Shown: in pieces, positions 1 through 9,398 of the stretch
Position numbering within the stretch: position 1 is the stretch's first letter
Layout of the letters: each line of letters starts with the position of its first letter
Source: Longimicrobiales bacterium
GTDB taxonomy: Bacteria > Gemmatimonadota > Gemmatimonadetes > Longimicrobiales > Gaopeijiaceae
Assembly (NCBI GenBank): GCA_965226375.1
Contig: CBDDCX010000007.1
Coordinates: 64,001 to 128,000 of the forward strand
Reading direction: 5' to 3'
Length of the DNA stretch: 64,000 nucleotides
Program-made: the position numbers and the translations under genes
Notes under the pieces: generated by a model
What the model was told of the DNA's origin: nothing
What the model saw: the letters and a program-made list of their open reading frames with translations, nothing else
The model's database searches: none

Positions 1-1141
1 GGAACGGAATCCCGATCAGATACATCCCCGGCGCCTCGACCACGCCACCGTCGTGCAGGATGTGGCCCTTGCGATCCAAGACCGGCACATCCAGCCACGA
101 GTAGTCCGGTCGGAAGCCGGTAGCCCAAAGGACGGTCCGGAACTCACCGCTGGCGAGGTCGAGACCGAGCGGCGGGGACGCCTCCACACGGGTGGCCTCG
201 AAGCGGTGCGGCGGATCGAGCTGGTCGTCGAGTCCGCTCTCTGTCGCCCACTCGTCGATCCGGTCCAGCAATCGGTTCATCTTGAGATCGGACATCGCGC
301 ACTGGTTGGTCAGCGATCCGGAGAACTGTGCCTTGCCGTCATTGATGCCGGCCAGACGACCGATGAGCTTCACTCCAATGTCCGTCAGGGAATTCAGATC
401 GACGGTTCGGCGCTCGTCGGTCCCGGCGAGTTGAAGCGACGGCACGCTTCTCACCCGGGCCAGGTTGTCCACTTCGGTATAGAACTCGTCGAGCACGCCG
501 GCACCATCCATCCAGAACTTGATGTCGCGGCCTCTATAGACGCGGGGCGCACGGATGTGCTCACCGACGGCCAACGTGACGGGCCGGCCCGAGCGCTGGA
601 GCTCGGCGGCGATCTGCGTACCGGTCGCCGAAGCGCCAACCACCATCACACCACCTGATTCGAGCTGGTCCGGGTTGCGGTACTCCATGGGGGTGACGGT
701 CTGGATCGAGGACGGCAGCGCCTCCGAGAGGGCCGGTACGATCGGGATGTTGCACGCTCCTGTCGCCAGGACCACAGTCCGGCATTGCCAGTCGCCCTGA
801 TCCGTAATGACCTCGTAACCGTCGTCGACGGCGCGCACCGATGTGACCGTGGTGTACGTCTGAACAGGAGCCGCGATCACATCTGCATACCGCTCGATGA
901 AGTCGATGGTCTCGGGCATCGTGCGGAAACCATCGGGGTCGTCACCCTCATAACCATAGCCGGGCAACCTGCTCTGCCAATTCGGCGTGAGCAGTCGTAA
1001 CGAGTCCCAACGCTCGGTCTTCCACGAGTGCGCCACCTCGCCCCGCTCGAGGACCACATGGTCGATCGAACGGTCGGCGAGGCAGCGACTCATGGCCAGA
1101 CCCGCGTGGCCGGCTCCGATGATTACGGTCGTCGTACGCAC
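1..1141 (-). CDS. FAD-dependent oxidoreductase, flavin-containing monooxygenase-like; 3' end runs off the window
   Basis: Manual translation from GTG 1141 (GGAG upstream): MRTTTVIIGAGHAGLAMSRCLADRSIDHVVLERGEVAHSWKTERWDSLRLLTPNW, with a GxGxxG FAD motif. Absent from the ORF track because its stop is outside the window. Confidence 0.85.
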   Translation of the reverse strand, partial: MRTTTVIIGAGHAGLAMSRCLADRSIDHVVLERGEVAHSWKTERWDSLRLLTPNWQSRLPGYGYEGDDPDGFRTMPETIDFIERYADVIAAPVQTYTTVTSVRAVDDGYEVITDQGDWQCRTVVLATGACNIPIVPALSEALPSSIQTVTPMEYRNPDQLESGGVMVVGASATGTQIAAELQRSGRPVTLAVGEHIRAPRVYRGRDIKFWMDGAGVLDEFYTEVDNLARVRSVPSLQLAGTDERRTVDLNSLTDIGVKLIGRLAGINDGKAQFSGSLTNQCAMSDLKMNRLLDRIDEWATESGLDDQLDPPHRFEATRVEASPPLGLDLASGEFRTVLWATGFRPDYSWLDVPVLDRKGHILHDGGVVEAPGMYLIGIPF

Positions 1142-1168
1142 GGTTATCTCCGATCCCGCTAGGCGGGG

Positions 1169-1726
1169 TCAGTTGACCTCGACCGTGACGTTGGTCGAGT
1201 TCGTGATAGCGTCGAAGACCGCCGAGCGCTTCTGAGACTGGGCCACGACAGCCTTGATCTCGTCGGGCGTCGCGTCGGCATCGATGTCGTACTTGACCGT
1301 GATCCCATCGAATCCATTCCTGACGTCGCCGTCCATGCCCAGGATGCCCTGGATGTCCATCCCACCCTCAATCGTCGCCGTGACTGAGTTCAGCTGGATT
1401 TCACGGCTCTGTGCGACCGAGGCGATTCCGGCCGTCAGGCAGCTGGCCAGACCCGCAAGCAAGAGCTCGACTGGGGTGGCGCCGTGGTCCTCAGAAGCAA
1501 AGACCTCGGGATGATCGGCGTCGAAGGTGAACTGGGTCTTGTGATGCTGCTCTTCACCGAGTCCGAAGAAACCTTCGATGGTGGAGCGACTGTGGGTGCC
1601 GTTCACCCACTCGCACGTGGCCCGCCACTGAAACTGGGCGGCTTCCGGTGCTTCGGACAGCGCTTCTCGCGCTTCGAGCAGGGCTTCGACGTTCACGCCG
1701 TTGTCGACAGTCTTATCAGTGCTCAT
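1169..1726 (-). CDS. OsmC-family protein
   Basis: ATG 1726 after an AAGGAG SD. Motifs DHPEVFASEDHGATPVELLLAGLASC and VRNGFDGI are typical of long OsmC-like proteins. Confidence 0.85.
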   Translation of the reverse strand: MSTDKTVDNGVNVEALLEAREALSEAPEAAQFQWRATCEWVNGTHSRSTIEGFFGLGEEQHHKTQFTFDADHPEVFASEDHGATPVELLLAGLASCLTAGIASVAQSREIQLNSVTATIEGGMDIQGILGMDGDVRNGFDGITVKYDIDADATPDEIKAVVAQSQKRSAVFDAITNSTNVTVEVN

Positions 1727-1813
1727 AGGGTACTCCTTTAGTAGCTGTGCAGCGGGAGGCCGACGTTTCGACCTCCTCCTACACACGTGTACCGGAGGCG
1801 ACGACTAATCGGC

Positions 1814-2359
1814 TCACGGCGTCATGATGTGGGTGGTGCTGGTGCCGGCGTTCATGATCCACGCGCCACCTGCACTACGGTCGTCGGGCAGGCCGGTGGA
1901 TTCGGTGGTTGCTCCGGGCACGGCAATGGTCTTGTGAACCCCCGCGCTCTCCCGATCGGGACCATTCATGGAGTACCACACCGACCCATACTCCGGCAGT
2001 ACGCGGGTTCCGTCCCCCTCGGCAGCCGCCACCATCGCACGGACTTCACCGCCGTCGGCGCTTTCTGCATCGAACCGGCGACTCTGCGCGACCCGGTCCA
2101 GGTTGGCCACACTCGTGCACTGCACCGCGAATACTGCCCGACGGGGCTCACCGGACCGGTCGTAGCAGACCATCCGGTTCGTGCCCTCCTTGAGAGTCTC
2201 GTACGTGTAGTCCGCATTCCATTTGATGACCGTGGCATCCTCACGGGCCCTCGAGGGCGCCGCCGCCAATGCGCGGTCGATCGCTTCCGCCACGGTTTGA
2301 GCATTCACACCGGCTGGGATAGTCGCCAGACCGAAAACAACGAGGATGAGCCGCTTCAT
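1814..2359 (-). CDS. Secreted hypothetical protein
   Basis: Signal peptide MKRLILVVFGLATIPAGVNAQ, GAGG SD, C-terminal WIMNAGTSTTHIMTP. Confidence 0.75.
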   Translation of the reverse strand: MKRLILVVFGLATIPAGVNAQTVAEAIDRALAAAPSRAREDATVIKWNADYTYETLKEGTNRMVCYDRSGEPRRAVFAVQCTSVANLDRVAQSRRFDAESADGGEVRAMVAAAEGDGTRVLPEYGSVWYSMNGPDRESAGVHKTIAVPGATTESTGLPDDRSAGGAWIMNAGTSTTHIMTP

Positions 2360-2488
2360 TCGATGACCTCCACTTCGACAGATGGACAGTTAGTAGACAG
2401 GCTGTTGGCAAACCGACAGTTGGCAGGTGGACCGTTCGGAGTTGGACGGCTCACGGTTGAACAGTACATGGACACACAATCCGACACA

Positions 2489-3034
2489 TTATTTCTTCAG
2501 CTTGTGGGTAAACCGGGCCCTTAGCTTCGCGACCGTCGGGTCGATGACGACCCTGCAATACGGCTGCTCCCCATTCTGCCGATAGTAACCTTGATGGTAG
2601 TCCTCGGCCCGATAGAAGGACTCCGCCGGCGCCACCTCGGTAACAATGGGGTCTTTCCACACACCGTCTGCGGTCAGATCGGCGATGACGGCCTCGATCG
2701 TCTCCTTCTGCTCAGGTGAGTGGTAGAAGATCACGGAGCGGTATTGGGGTCCCGCGTCGGCCCCCTGCCGGTCGACCGTGGTCGGGTCGTGGATAGTGAA
2801 AAAGACCTCGAGTATCTCACGATAGCTGGTGACTTCGGGGGCGAATTCGACGCGAACCACCTCGGCATGGCCCGACTGCCCGGAGCAGAGATCCTGATAC
2901 GTCGGGTTCTCGACGTGGCCTCCGGACGCCCCGGAGACTACGGACTCCACACCCTCGAGGAGCTCGTACACCGCTTCCAGGCACCAGAAGCAGCCACCTC
3001 CGAGAGTAGCGGTCTCCCGCGCCGCCTCATTCAT
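2489..3034 (-). CDS. msrA: Peptide-methionine (S)-S-oxide reductase
   Basis: GGGCFWC active-site motif plus GHAEVV, HDPT, GPQYRS and AEDYHQGYY. Confidence 0.95.
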   Translation of the reverse strand: MNEAARETATLGGGCFWCLEAVYELLEGVESVVSGASGGHVENPTYQDLCSGQSGHAEVVRVEFAPEVTSYREILEVFFTIHDPTTVDRQGADAGPQYRSVIFYHSPEQKETIEAVIADLTADGVWKDPIVTEVAPAESFYRAEDYHQGYYRQNGEQPYCRVVIDPTVAKLRARFTHKLKK

Positions 3035-3206
3035 TTCACGCAACGAACACCTGCCGACAGCGAGCTACTCGGGTTGGAGCCGGCGGGGTTGAGATACTCC
3101 GGGGCGGCCTCCTGGGCCGCTGGTTCGGCAGCGTCAGCCTCGGATACGGGTGGCTGGCAACCGAGCTGGCCAAAGGCAGAGCAAGAGCGAACGCTCCTCG
3201 AAGCAT
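3032..3206 (-). pseudogene. Truncated, frameshifted lipoprotein N-terminus (possibly a RidA-family remnant)
   Basis: AGGAGG SD before ATG 3206. A hydrophobic start, then after a frame change LGC-QPPVSEADAAEPAAQEAAPEYLNPAG...LSAGVR, ending at the msrA start. Confidence 0.3.
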
Positions 3207-3503
3207 GGGTGATCCTCCTGTAGGGATGTGGTTTGTTGCCTCAACCTACTGTGGAGGCCCAGAAGTTCGCGAGCCGGCAAGAGCGGCGAGACACTTCAGG
3301 GTTCGCGCGACAGAGCCAAGCCACCCGTACGAGCACCCCCTCGGCACATGGGAGGGCGGCATCGCCTTGCAAGCTCTCCTTGCCCACAGCACAATCCTCC
3401 ATGTCGTGAAGTCTCTTCCGACCAGAAAATCGTGCGTGCGTGGCAACCACTCGCGACAACGCCCAGAACCCAGAGGACCGTGTCGATCACGGAGCGTTCG
3501 GCC

Positions 3504-5573
3504 ATGACCCCATCCCCGACCAGCGGGCTCCTTCGACAACCTATCACCACCGTCGTAGCGCTGACCCTAGCCCTCACGCTCGGAGCGGCCGCCCCGACGG
3601 CGGCGGCCCAGCAGCGAGCGCTCGAGGCAGACGACCTGTTCGCCATCAAGAGGGTCGGGAATCCACAGGTCAGTCCCGACGGCAAGTGGGTGGCCTATAC
3701 GGTCGGTACCACCAGTCTGGAAGACGAGAAATCCACCACCCGCCTCTGGATGGTGTCTACGGGTGGAGGTGAGCCGCTGCCGATGACGTCCGAGAGCTAC
3801 TCGGCCTCTAATCCCCGGTGGAGCCCGGACGGCAAGTACCTGTCCTTCACCGCGACCCGGAACGACACCACGAGCCAGGTATGGGCCCTGGACCGGCGTG
3901 GCGGCGAGGCGCAACAGCTCACCGACCTGAAACAGGGTGTGGGCGGATACGAGTGGTCGCCCGACGGCGCCCGGATCGTCCTGACCATCCGGGATCCCGA
4001 GGAAGAGGACGACGAAGACGGAAAAGAGGGGAAGGAAAGCAAGACCAAGGATCCCTGGGTGATCGACCGCCTACAGTTCAAGCGAGACGGCCGCGGATAC
4101 CTGACCGGTGACCGGCACACACATCTGTTCACACTCGACATGGCGTCGAAGACTCTCACCCAGATCACGTCGGGCCGTTGGGACGAGGCCCAGCCCGCCT
4201 GGAGTCCCGACGGCAAGCACATCGCCTTTGTCAGCAACCGCACTGAGGATCCGGACGCGAACTCGAACTCGGACCTTTGGATCGTGTCGTCCGACAACAC
4301 GGACCAGGGAGCGACGCTCCTCCGCCTTACCGACTACGAGGGAGGAGACTCCCAGCCCGCCTGGAGCCCAGACGGAAAGTGGATCGCCTATGTCACGGAC
4401 GAAACGGATCCACGGTACGGCGCCCTCTCGGTGAATCGGCTCGCCAAGGTGTCCGCTGCGGGCGGACCCCGGGAGCTCATGGCTCCTGACCTCGACCGAA
4501 ATGTGTCCGCTCCGGAGTTCACGTATGACGGTTACGGCGTGATCGCGAGCGTACAGGACAGCGGGGAGCGCTATCTGGCCAAGACCGACGCCGCCGGGCG
4601 CCTGACCCGCTTGCTGGAGGGCGAGCACAACATGTCCGCCTTCTCGGTGAGTCCTACCGGCGTGATCGCAGCGGTCCTTAGCAAGCCCCACCTCCCGGCC
4701 GAGATCTTTCTTCTCAAGGGGGGCGAGCAGTGGCAGCTCACGCATATCAACGATGAGCACCTTGCCGAGATCCGATTGGCCGAGGTCACGAATATCCACT
4801 TCCCGAGCCGAGACGGAACAGAGATCGAGGGATGGATCTTCACGCCCCCCGGCTACGACTCGACGCTGCGCTACCCGACGATCCTCAGGATTCACGGGGG
4901 CCCCAACGGCATGTACAGCGTCGGCTTCAACTTCGAGGCTCAGCTCCTGGCAGCGAACGGATACGTGGTTGTGACCACGAACCCTCGCGGCTCCTCCGGC
5001 TATGGTGAGGAGTTCAGCATGGCCCTCTGGCAGAAGTGGGGCATCCCGGACTTCGAAGACGTGATGGCCGGGGTCGACCATGCCGTGTCCGAGGGATACT
5101 CCGACCCGAATCGCCTGGGCGTCGGGGGATGGTCGTACGGAGGCATTCTCACGAACTATGTGATTACGAAGACCGACCGCTTCGCGGGAGCAATCACGGG
5201 CGCCAGCATGGCGCTCTTGGTCGCGAACTTCGGTCACGACCACTACCAGCTGGCCAACGAACGGGAATGGGGTCTGCCGTGGGAGACCCGTGAGCTCTGG
5301 GAGGAGTTGTCCCCGTTCAACTCCATCGACAAGGTGGTAACGCCCACCCTGGTCATGGGCGGAGAGCAGGACTGGAACGTCCCGATTCAGAACTCGGAGC
5401 AGCTCTACCAGGCTCTGCGCAGGAGAGGGGTGCCCACTCAACTGGTGGTGTACCCGGGCCAGCCCCACGGGCTGCGGGTGCCGTCCTACCAGAAGGACCG
5501 CCTCGAGAGGTACGTGGCCTGGTATGACAAATGGGTGAAGGTCGCCTCGAAGCCGGTGACGGACGACGAGTGA
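3504..5573 (+). CDS. S9 family peptidase (acylaminoacyl/dipeptidyl peptidase) with PD40 propeller repeats
   Basis: Signal peptide, repeated WSPDG motifs, HGGP, GWSYGG nucleophile, and catalytic D and H (DWNVP, QPHG). Confidence 0.93.
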   Translation: MTPSPTSGLLRQPITTVVALTLALTLGAAAPTAAAQQRALEADDLFAIKRVGNPQVSPDGKWVAYTVGTTSLEDEKSTTRLWMVSTGGGEPLPMTSESYSASNPRWSPDGKYLSFTATRNDTTSQVWALDRRGGEAQQLTDLKQGVGGYEWSPDGARIVLTIRDPEEEDDEDGKEGKESKTKDPWVIDRLQFKRDGRGYLTGDRHTHLFTLDMASKTLTQITSGRWDEAQPAWSPDGKHIAFVSNRTEDPDANSNSDLWIVSSDNTDQGATLLRLTDYEGGDSQPAWSPDGKWIAYVTDETDPRYGALSVNRLAKVSAAGGPRELMAPDLDRNVSAPEFTYDGYGVIASVQDSGERYLAKTDAAGRLTRLLEGEHNMSAFSVSPTGVIAAVLSKPHLPAEIFLLKGGEQWQLTHINDEHLAEIRLAEVTNIHFPSRDGTEIEGWIFTPPGYDSTLRYPTILRIHGGPNGMYSVGFNFEAQLLAANGYVVVTTNPRGSSGYGEEFSMALWQKWGIPDFEDVMAGVDHAVSEGYSDPNRLGVGGWSYGGILTNYVITKTDRFAGAITGASMALLVANFGHDHYQLANEREWGLPWETRELWEELSPFNSIDKVVTPTLVMGGEQDWNVPIQNSEQLYQALRRRGVPTQLVVYPGQPHGLRVPSYQKDRLERYVAWYDKWVKVASKPVTDDE

Positions 5574-5648
5574 CCGACAGAGCGATGCCCTACAACGATA
5601 CAGGACCCTGCTGGTTACCAAGACCGGCCGAGCATTGAGGAGACTACG

Positions 5649-6827
5649 ATGTCACGAATGAGTAGAGAGCTGGGCTGGGGAGTCATCTCTCTGGCCGTAT
5701 TGAGCGCGGGCTGTGAGTCTGCCGAGTCTGGCCCGTCCGCGTTCGTCTCGACGCTGGGGGACGACACCATCACGGTCGAGGTATTCACCCGATCGGACGC
5801 CAGGATCGAAGGTCAGCTGATCACCCGCCTGCCCTACACCCGGCGGACCACCTATGTCGCCGACCTCAACCCGGACGGGACCATCTCCCGTCTTGAGGCC
5901 GAGACGAGCACGCCGGCGGAAAACCCCGAGGGGGACGCTCCACAATCCTGGACGATCACGATCGCGGGCAGAACCGCTAACGTGGAGCGGACCGGGGGGC
6001 AAAACCCAGGCACGAACTCCTTCGAAGTGGAAGCCGGCGCGATTCCGACTCTGGGAAGAGCCTCCATTGCCATGTTCGCCTTCGATCAGGCGATGCGGCA
6101 GGCACGGACTTCCGGGAACGCGGAGTACCCTGTCGAGCTGGTCTACCCGACGCGCCCTCAGCCGGTGAGCAACACGATCGCGCGGCGCGGCGGTGACACG
6201 GTCGCCATCACCTACTTCGGAGCGCCCCTCAGGGCCTGGGCCGACGCAGACGGCGACATCCTCGGCGCCGACGGTACGCTGACGACCATGGACGCGGTCA
6301 CCACGAGGGTGGCCGGTCTCGACACCGATGCCCTGGGGGCCACCTGGGCCGGCATGGACGCGCGTCGAGAGGGCATCGGCGTTCCGTCACCCGCCGCGAC
6401 CGCGCAGGGGACGCTCCAAGGCGCGACCATCGAGATCGCATACTCCCAGCCGGCCAAGCGGGGCCGCGACATCTGGGGCGCATTAGTGCCGCACGACGGG
6501 GTGTGGCGGACGGGGGCGAACGCGGCCACGGTCTTCACGACGGGTAGCGACCTGATCATCGGGGGGGCAGCGGTGCCGGCCGGCAGTTACACGTTGTGGT
6601 CGACCTATTCCGCGGACTCCCAGCAGCTGATCATAAACGGCGAGACGGGGCAGTGGGGCACGGCCTACAACGCCGACAACGACTTCGTAACGGTAGAGAT
6701 GACCAAGTCGGCTCTCCCCGGAATGCTGGAGCGTTTCACCATCTCGCTGGAAGAGACGACCGATGGCGGCATGCTCCACCTCGATTGGGATCGCAGCCGG
6801 TTCTCGGTGGACATCCGGGTTCCGTGA
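5649..6827 (+). CDS. Lipoprotein with C-terminal DUF2911 domain
   Basis: Lipobox SAGC. IAYSQPAKRGRDIWGALVP..VWRTGANAAT and VPAGSYTLW match DUF2911. Confidence 0.8.
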   Translation: MSRMSRELGWGVISLAVLSAGCESAESGPSAFVSTLGDDTITVEVFTRSDARIEGQLITRLPYTRRTTYVADLNPDGTISRLEAETSTPAENPEGDAPQSWTITIAGRTANVERTGGQNPGTNSFEVEAGAIPTLGRASIAMFAFDQAMRQARTSGNAEYPVELVYPTRPQPVSNTIARRGGDTVAITYFGAPLRAWADADGDILGADGTLTTMDAVTTRVAGLDTDALGATWAGMDARREGIGVPSPAATAQGTLQGATIEIAYSQPAKRGRDIWGALVPHDGVWRTGANAATVFTTGSDLIIGGAAVPAGSYTLWSTYSADSQQLIINGETGQWGTAYNADNDFVTVEMTKSALPGMLERFTISLEETTDGGMLHLDWDRSRFSVDIRVP

Positions 6828-6863
6828 CAAGGCCGTGGCCGGTTAGCGTGATACGGCCGGTAG

Positions 6864-7565
6864 ATGGAGCGCCCGCTGCACACATATAGCGAGCACCGCT
6901 TCCAGGCCACGGGCAGTTCAGGTGAGGTCTCGGCCATGCTTCTCGAGCCGGCCGAGGCCCGTTGCCTCCTGGTTTTCAGTCACGGAGCGGGGGCCGGGAT
7001 GCGCCACCGATTCATGGAGGACGCCGCGGAGCGGTTGGCGGACCGGGGCGTCGCCACCTTCAGATACCAGTTCCCTTATATGGAGAAGGGGAGCAGGAGG
7101 CCGGACTACGGACCGATCTTGCTGAAGACGGTACGCTCCGCCGTGGCGGCTGCCGGCAACGTCGCCGGCGGGCTGCCTCTCTTCGCGGGAGGCAAGTCCA
7201 TGGGCGGACGAATGACCTCCCTGGCAGCCGCGAGCGAGGCATTGAACGGGGTGCGAGGCATCACCTTTTTCGGTTTTCCTCTTCACCCCGCGGGCAAGCC
7301 GGGCGTGGCAAGGGCCGACCATCTTGGCGATGTCGGGGTGCCCATGCTGTTCCTGCAGGGCACCCGCGACAAGCTGGCCCCCCTGGACCTCCTGGCCCCG
7401 GTATGCGAGGGTTTGGGACAGAGGGCTACGCTGCACGTCGTCGAAGGAGCCGACCACGGCTTCCATGTCCTGAAGCGGTCTGGGCGCACCGACGATGAAG
7501 TGCTGGATGAGCTCGTGGACACGACGCGCGCGTGGATCGACGTCGTTATGAAATCGGAGACGTAA
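6864..7565 (+). CDS. Alpha/beta hydrolase (dienelactone hydrolase/KANL3-like)
   Basis: HGAGAG, GGKSMGG nucleophile elbow, QGTRD and ADHGF. Confidence 0.88.
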   Translation: MERPLHTYSEHRFQATGSSGEVSAMLLEPAEARCLLVFSHGAGAGMRHRFMEDAAERLADRGVATFRYQFPYMEKGSRRPDYGPILLKTVRSAVAAAGNVAGGLPLFAGGKSMGGRMTSLAAASEALNGVRGITFFGFPLHPAGKPGVARADHLGDVGVPMLFLQGTRDKLAPLDLLAPVCEGLGQRATLHVVEGADHGFHVLKRSGRTDDEVLDELVDTTRAWIDVVMKSET

Positions 7566-7568
7566 GGT

Positions 7569-8987
7569 ATGAATAGCTGGACCACACGCATGCTCCTGCC
7601 CGCCGCGATCATCGCGAGCGGAACAGCTTTGGCCGCCGCTCCTGCAGCCGGTCAGGCCGTCACACTGGAGCCGCACCAGGAGCTGGCCCGAGAGCTACTC
7701 CGGGAACTCATCGAGATCAACACGGTCGACTCGGCTGGCACCACTGCCGCCGCCGAGGCCATGGCCAAACGTTTGCTCGACGCCGGTTTTCCGAGTGAAG
7801 ACGTCAACGTGGTGGGTCCCAACGAGCGAAAGATGAACCTGGTGGCGCGGCTTCGCGGCAACGATTCCGGCAGGCAGCCGATCCTGCTTCTGGCCCATCT
7901 CGACGTAGTCGAGGCGCTTCCCACGGACTGGAACATGGATCCGTGGACGTTGAACGAGATGGATGGCTACTACTACGGCCGCGGCGTCACCGACGACAAG
8001 GACGAGGCCGCCATCTACACGGCCAACTTCATTCGGTACAAGCAAGAGGGATTCATACCGGATCGAGACATCATCATGGCGCTGACCGCCGACGAAGAGG
8101 GCGGCCAATTCAACGGAGTGCAGTGGCTCATCCAGAACCGGCGAGACCTCATCGAGGCAGGCTACGCGCTGAACGAGGGCGGTGGCGGCGCCATCAAGGA
8201 CGGCGCGCACCAGCTCAACTCGGTTCAGGCCAGCGAAAAGGTCTACCAGAGCTTTTGGTTCAGAGCTGACAATCCAGGCGGCCATAGTTCCCTGCCCCGA
8301 GAAGACAACGCGATCTACGACCTCGTGAACGCGCTCCTGAGGGTCAGCGAGTACCGCTTCCCGGTCATGCTGAACGAGGTGACGCGAGCGTACTTCACCG
8401 GAACCGCCCAAGTCGAGGGAGGCGCCATCGCGGGCGCGATGCGAACGATGCTCGCCGACCCCAGAAACGCTCCGGCAGTGGAGCGCCTCCAGGTCTTTCC
8501 GTACTACAACGCCCGCATGCGCACCACATGCGTGGCCACACGGCTGAACGGGGGCCATGCCGACAACGCGCTCCCTCAGACTGCCGAAGCGATGGTCAAC
8601 TGTCGGATTCTGCCCAATCACGACCCGGCGGAGGTGCTCGCCACACTCAGGCGTATCACCGGCTCCGGGGTAGAGATCACGCCCGACGCGACGCCCAACC
8701 CCAGCCCCCCGTCACCCCTGACTGGAGAAGTGCTGGGCCCCATCGTGCGGATCACCGAGGAGATGTGGCCGGGTGTACCCGTAGTGCCGACCATGAGCAC
8801 CGGTGCGACGGACGGCCTCTACCTGAGGCGTGCGGGAATCCCCGTGTATGGAGTGTCCGGCCTCTTCAGAGACGTCGACGATAGCCGGGCCCACGGCCAG
8901 GATGAGCGCATCCTGATCAGATCGTTCTTCGAGGGGCAGGAGTTCCTGTACCGGTTGGTGAAGGCACTGAGCGGGACGATCAGTTAG
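7569..8987 (+). CDS. M20/M25/M40 family metallo-hydrolase, secreted
   Basis: LAHLDVV, GRGVTDDK, ADEE, NEGG and AHGQDERI metal-ligand motifs; signal peptide. Confidence 0.92.
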   Translation: MNSWTTRMLLPAAIIASGTALAAAPAAGQAVTLEPHQELARELLRELIEINTVDSAGTTAAAEAMAKRLLDAGFPSEDVNVVGPNERKMNLVARLRGNDSGRQPILLLAHLDVVEALPTDWNMDPWTLNEMDGYYYGRGVTDDKDEAAIYTANFIRYKQEGFIPDRDIIMALTADEEGGQFNGVQWLIQNRRDLIEAGYALNEGGGGAIKDGAHQLNSVQASEKVYQSFWFRADNPGGHSSLPREDNAIYDLVNALLRVSEYRFPVMLNEVTRAYFTGTAQVEGGAIAGAMRTMLADPRNAPAVERLQVFPYYNARMRTTCVATRLNGGHADNALPQTAEAMVNCRILPNHDPAEVLATLRRITGSGVEITPDATPNPSPPSPLTGEVLGPIVRITEEMWPGVPVVPTMSTGATDGLYLRRAGIPVYGVSGLFRDVDDSRAHGQDERILIRSFFEGQEFLYRLVKALSGTIS

Positions 8988-9008
8988 GCGAGCATACCTT
9001 CGTGTTCG

Positions 9009-9344
9009 CTACCCCACATTCTCCTGCTGGAAGTGCGGTCCAAGGTGAATATCCAACTGCACGAGTGGTACCTCGCCGATGCTCTGGAAGTTGTGGATCT
9101 CACCTGCCTTGATGACCAGAATGTCGCCCGGCCCCGCCTCATGCTCCTTGCCGTCGATCGTCCACCGTGCGCATCCCTCTTGAACGAACACCACCTCGTC
9201 ATAGGGATGGCGATGAGGACCGGGTCCGCTCCCGGGAGGGGCATCGACGACAAACGCCGAGATCGCGACGTCGCCTTGCTCGGCTCCCACGAACTCGTGC
9301 GAGATCCCATCAAAGGGAAGGTCCTGCGCACGGACTCGGTACAT
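9009..9344 (-). CDS. Cupin domain protein
   Basis: GPGPHRHPYDEV and GDILVIKAGEIHNF cupin motifs; ATG 9344. Confidence 0.88.
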   Translation of the reverse strand: MYRVRAQDLPFDGISHEFVGAEQGDVAISAFVVDAPPGSGPGPHRHPYDEVVFVQEGCARWTIDGKEHEAGPGDILVIKAGEIHNFQSIGEVPLVQLDIHLGPHFQQENVG

Positions 9345-9398
9345 GCTACCAGAGCTCCTTGACGAGGAACACATCGCGTTCGAGTGCTTCGATCATGT

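Noticed and set aside
3228..3503. Long N-terminal extensions in the ORF track (also 24582-24830, 25733-26071, 47404-47841, 54336-54437)
   Set aside because: Downstream starts fit SD, signal peptide or stop-start overlaps better. The extensions overlap other genes or IS DNA.
4071..5621. 516-aa antisense ORF and similar ones (e.g. 13303..14424, 23487..24653, 36492..37703)
   Set aside because: They lie opposite well-supported genes and are expected from high-GC codon bias.
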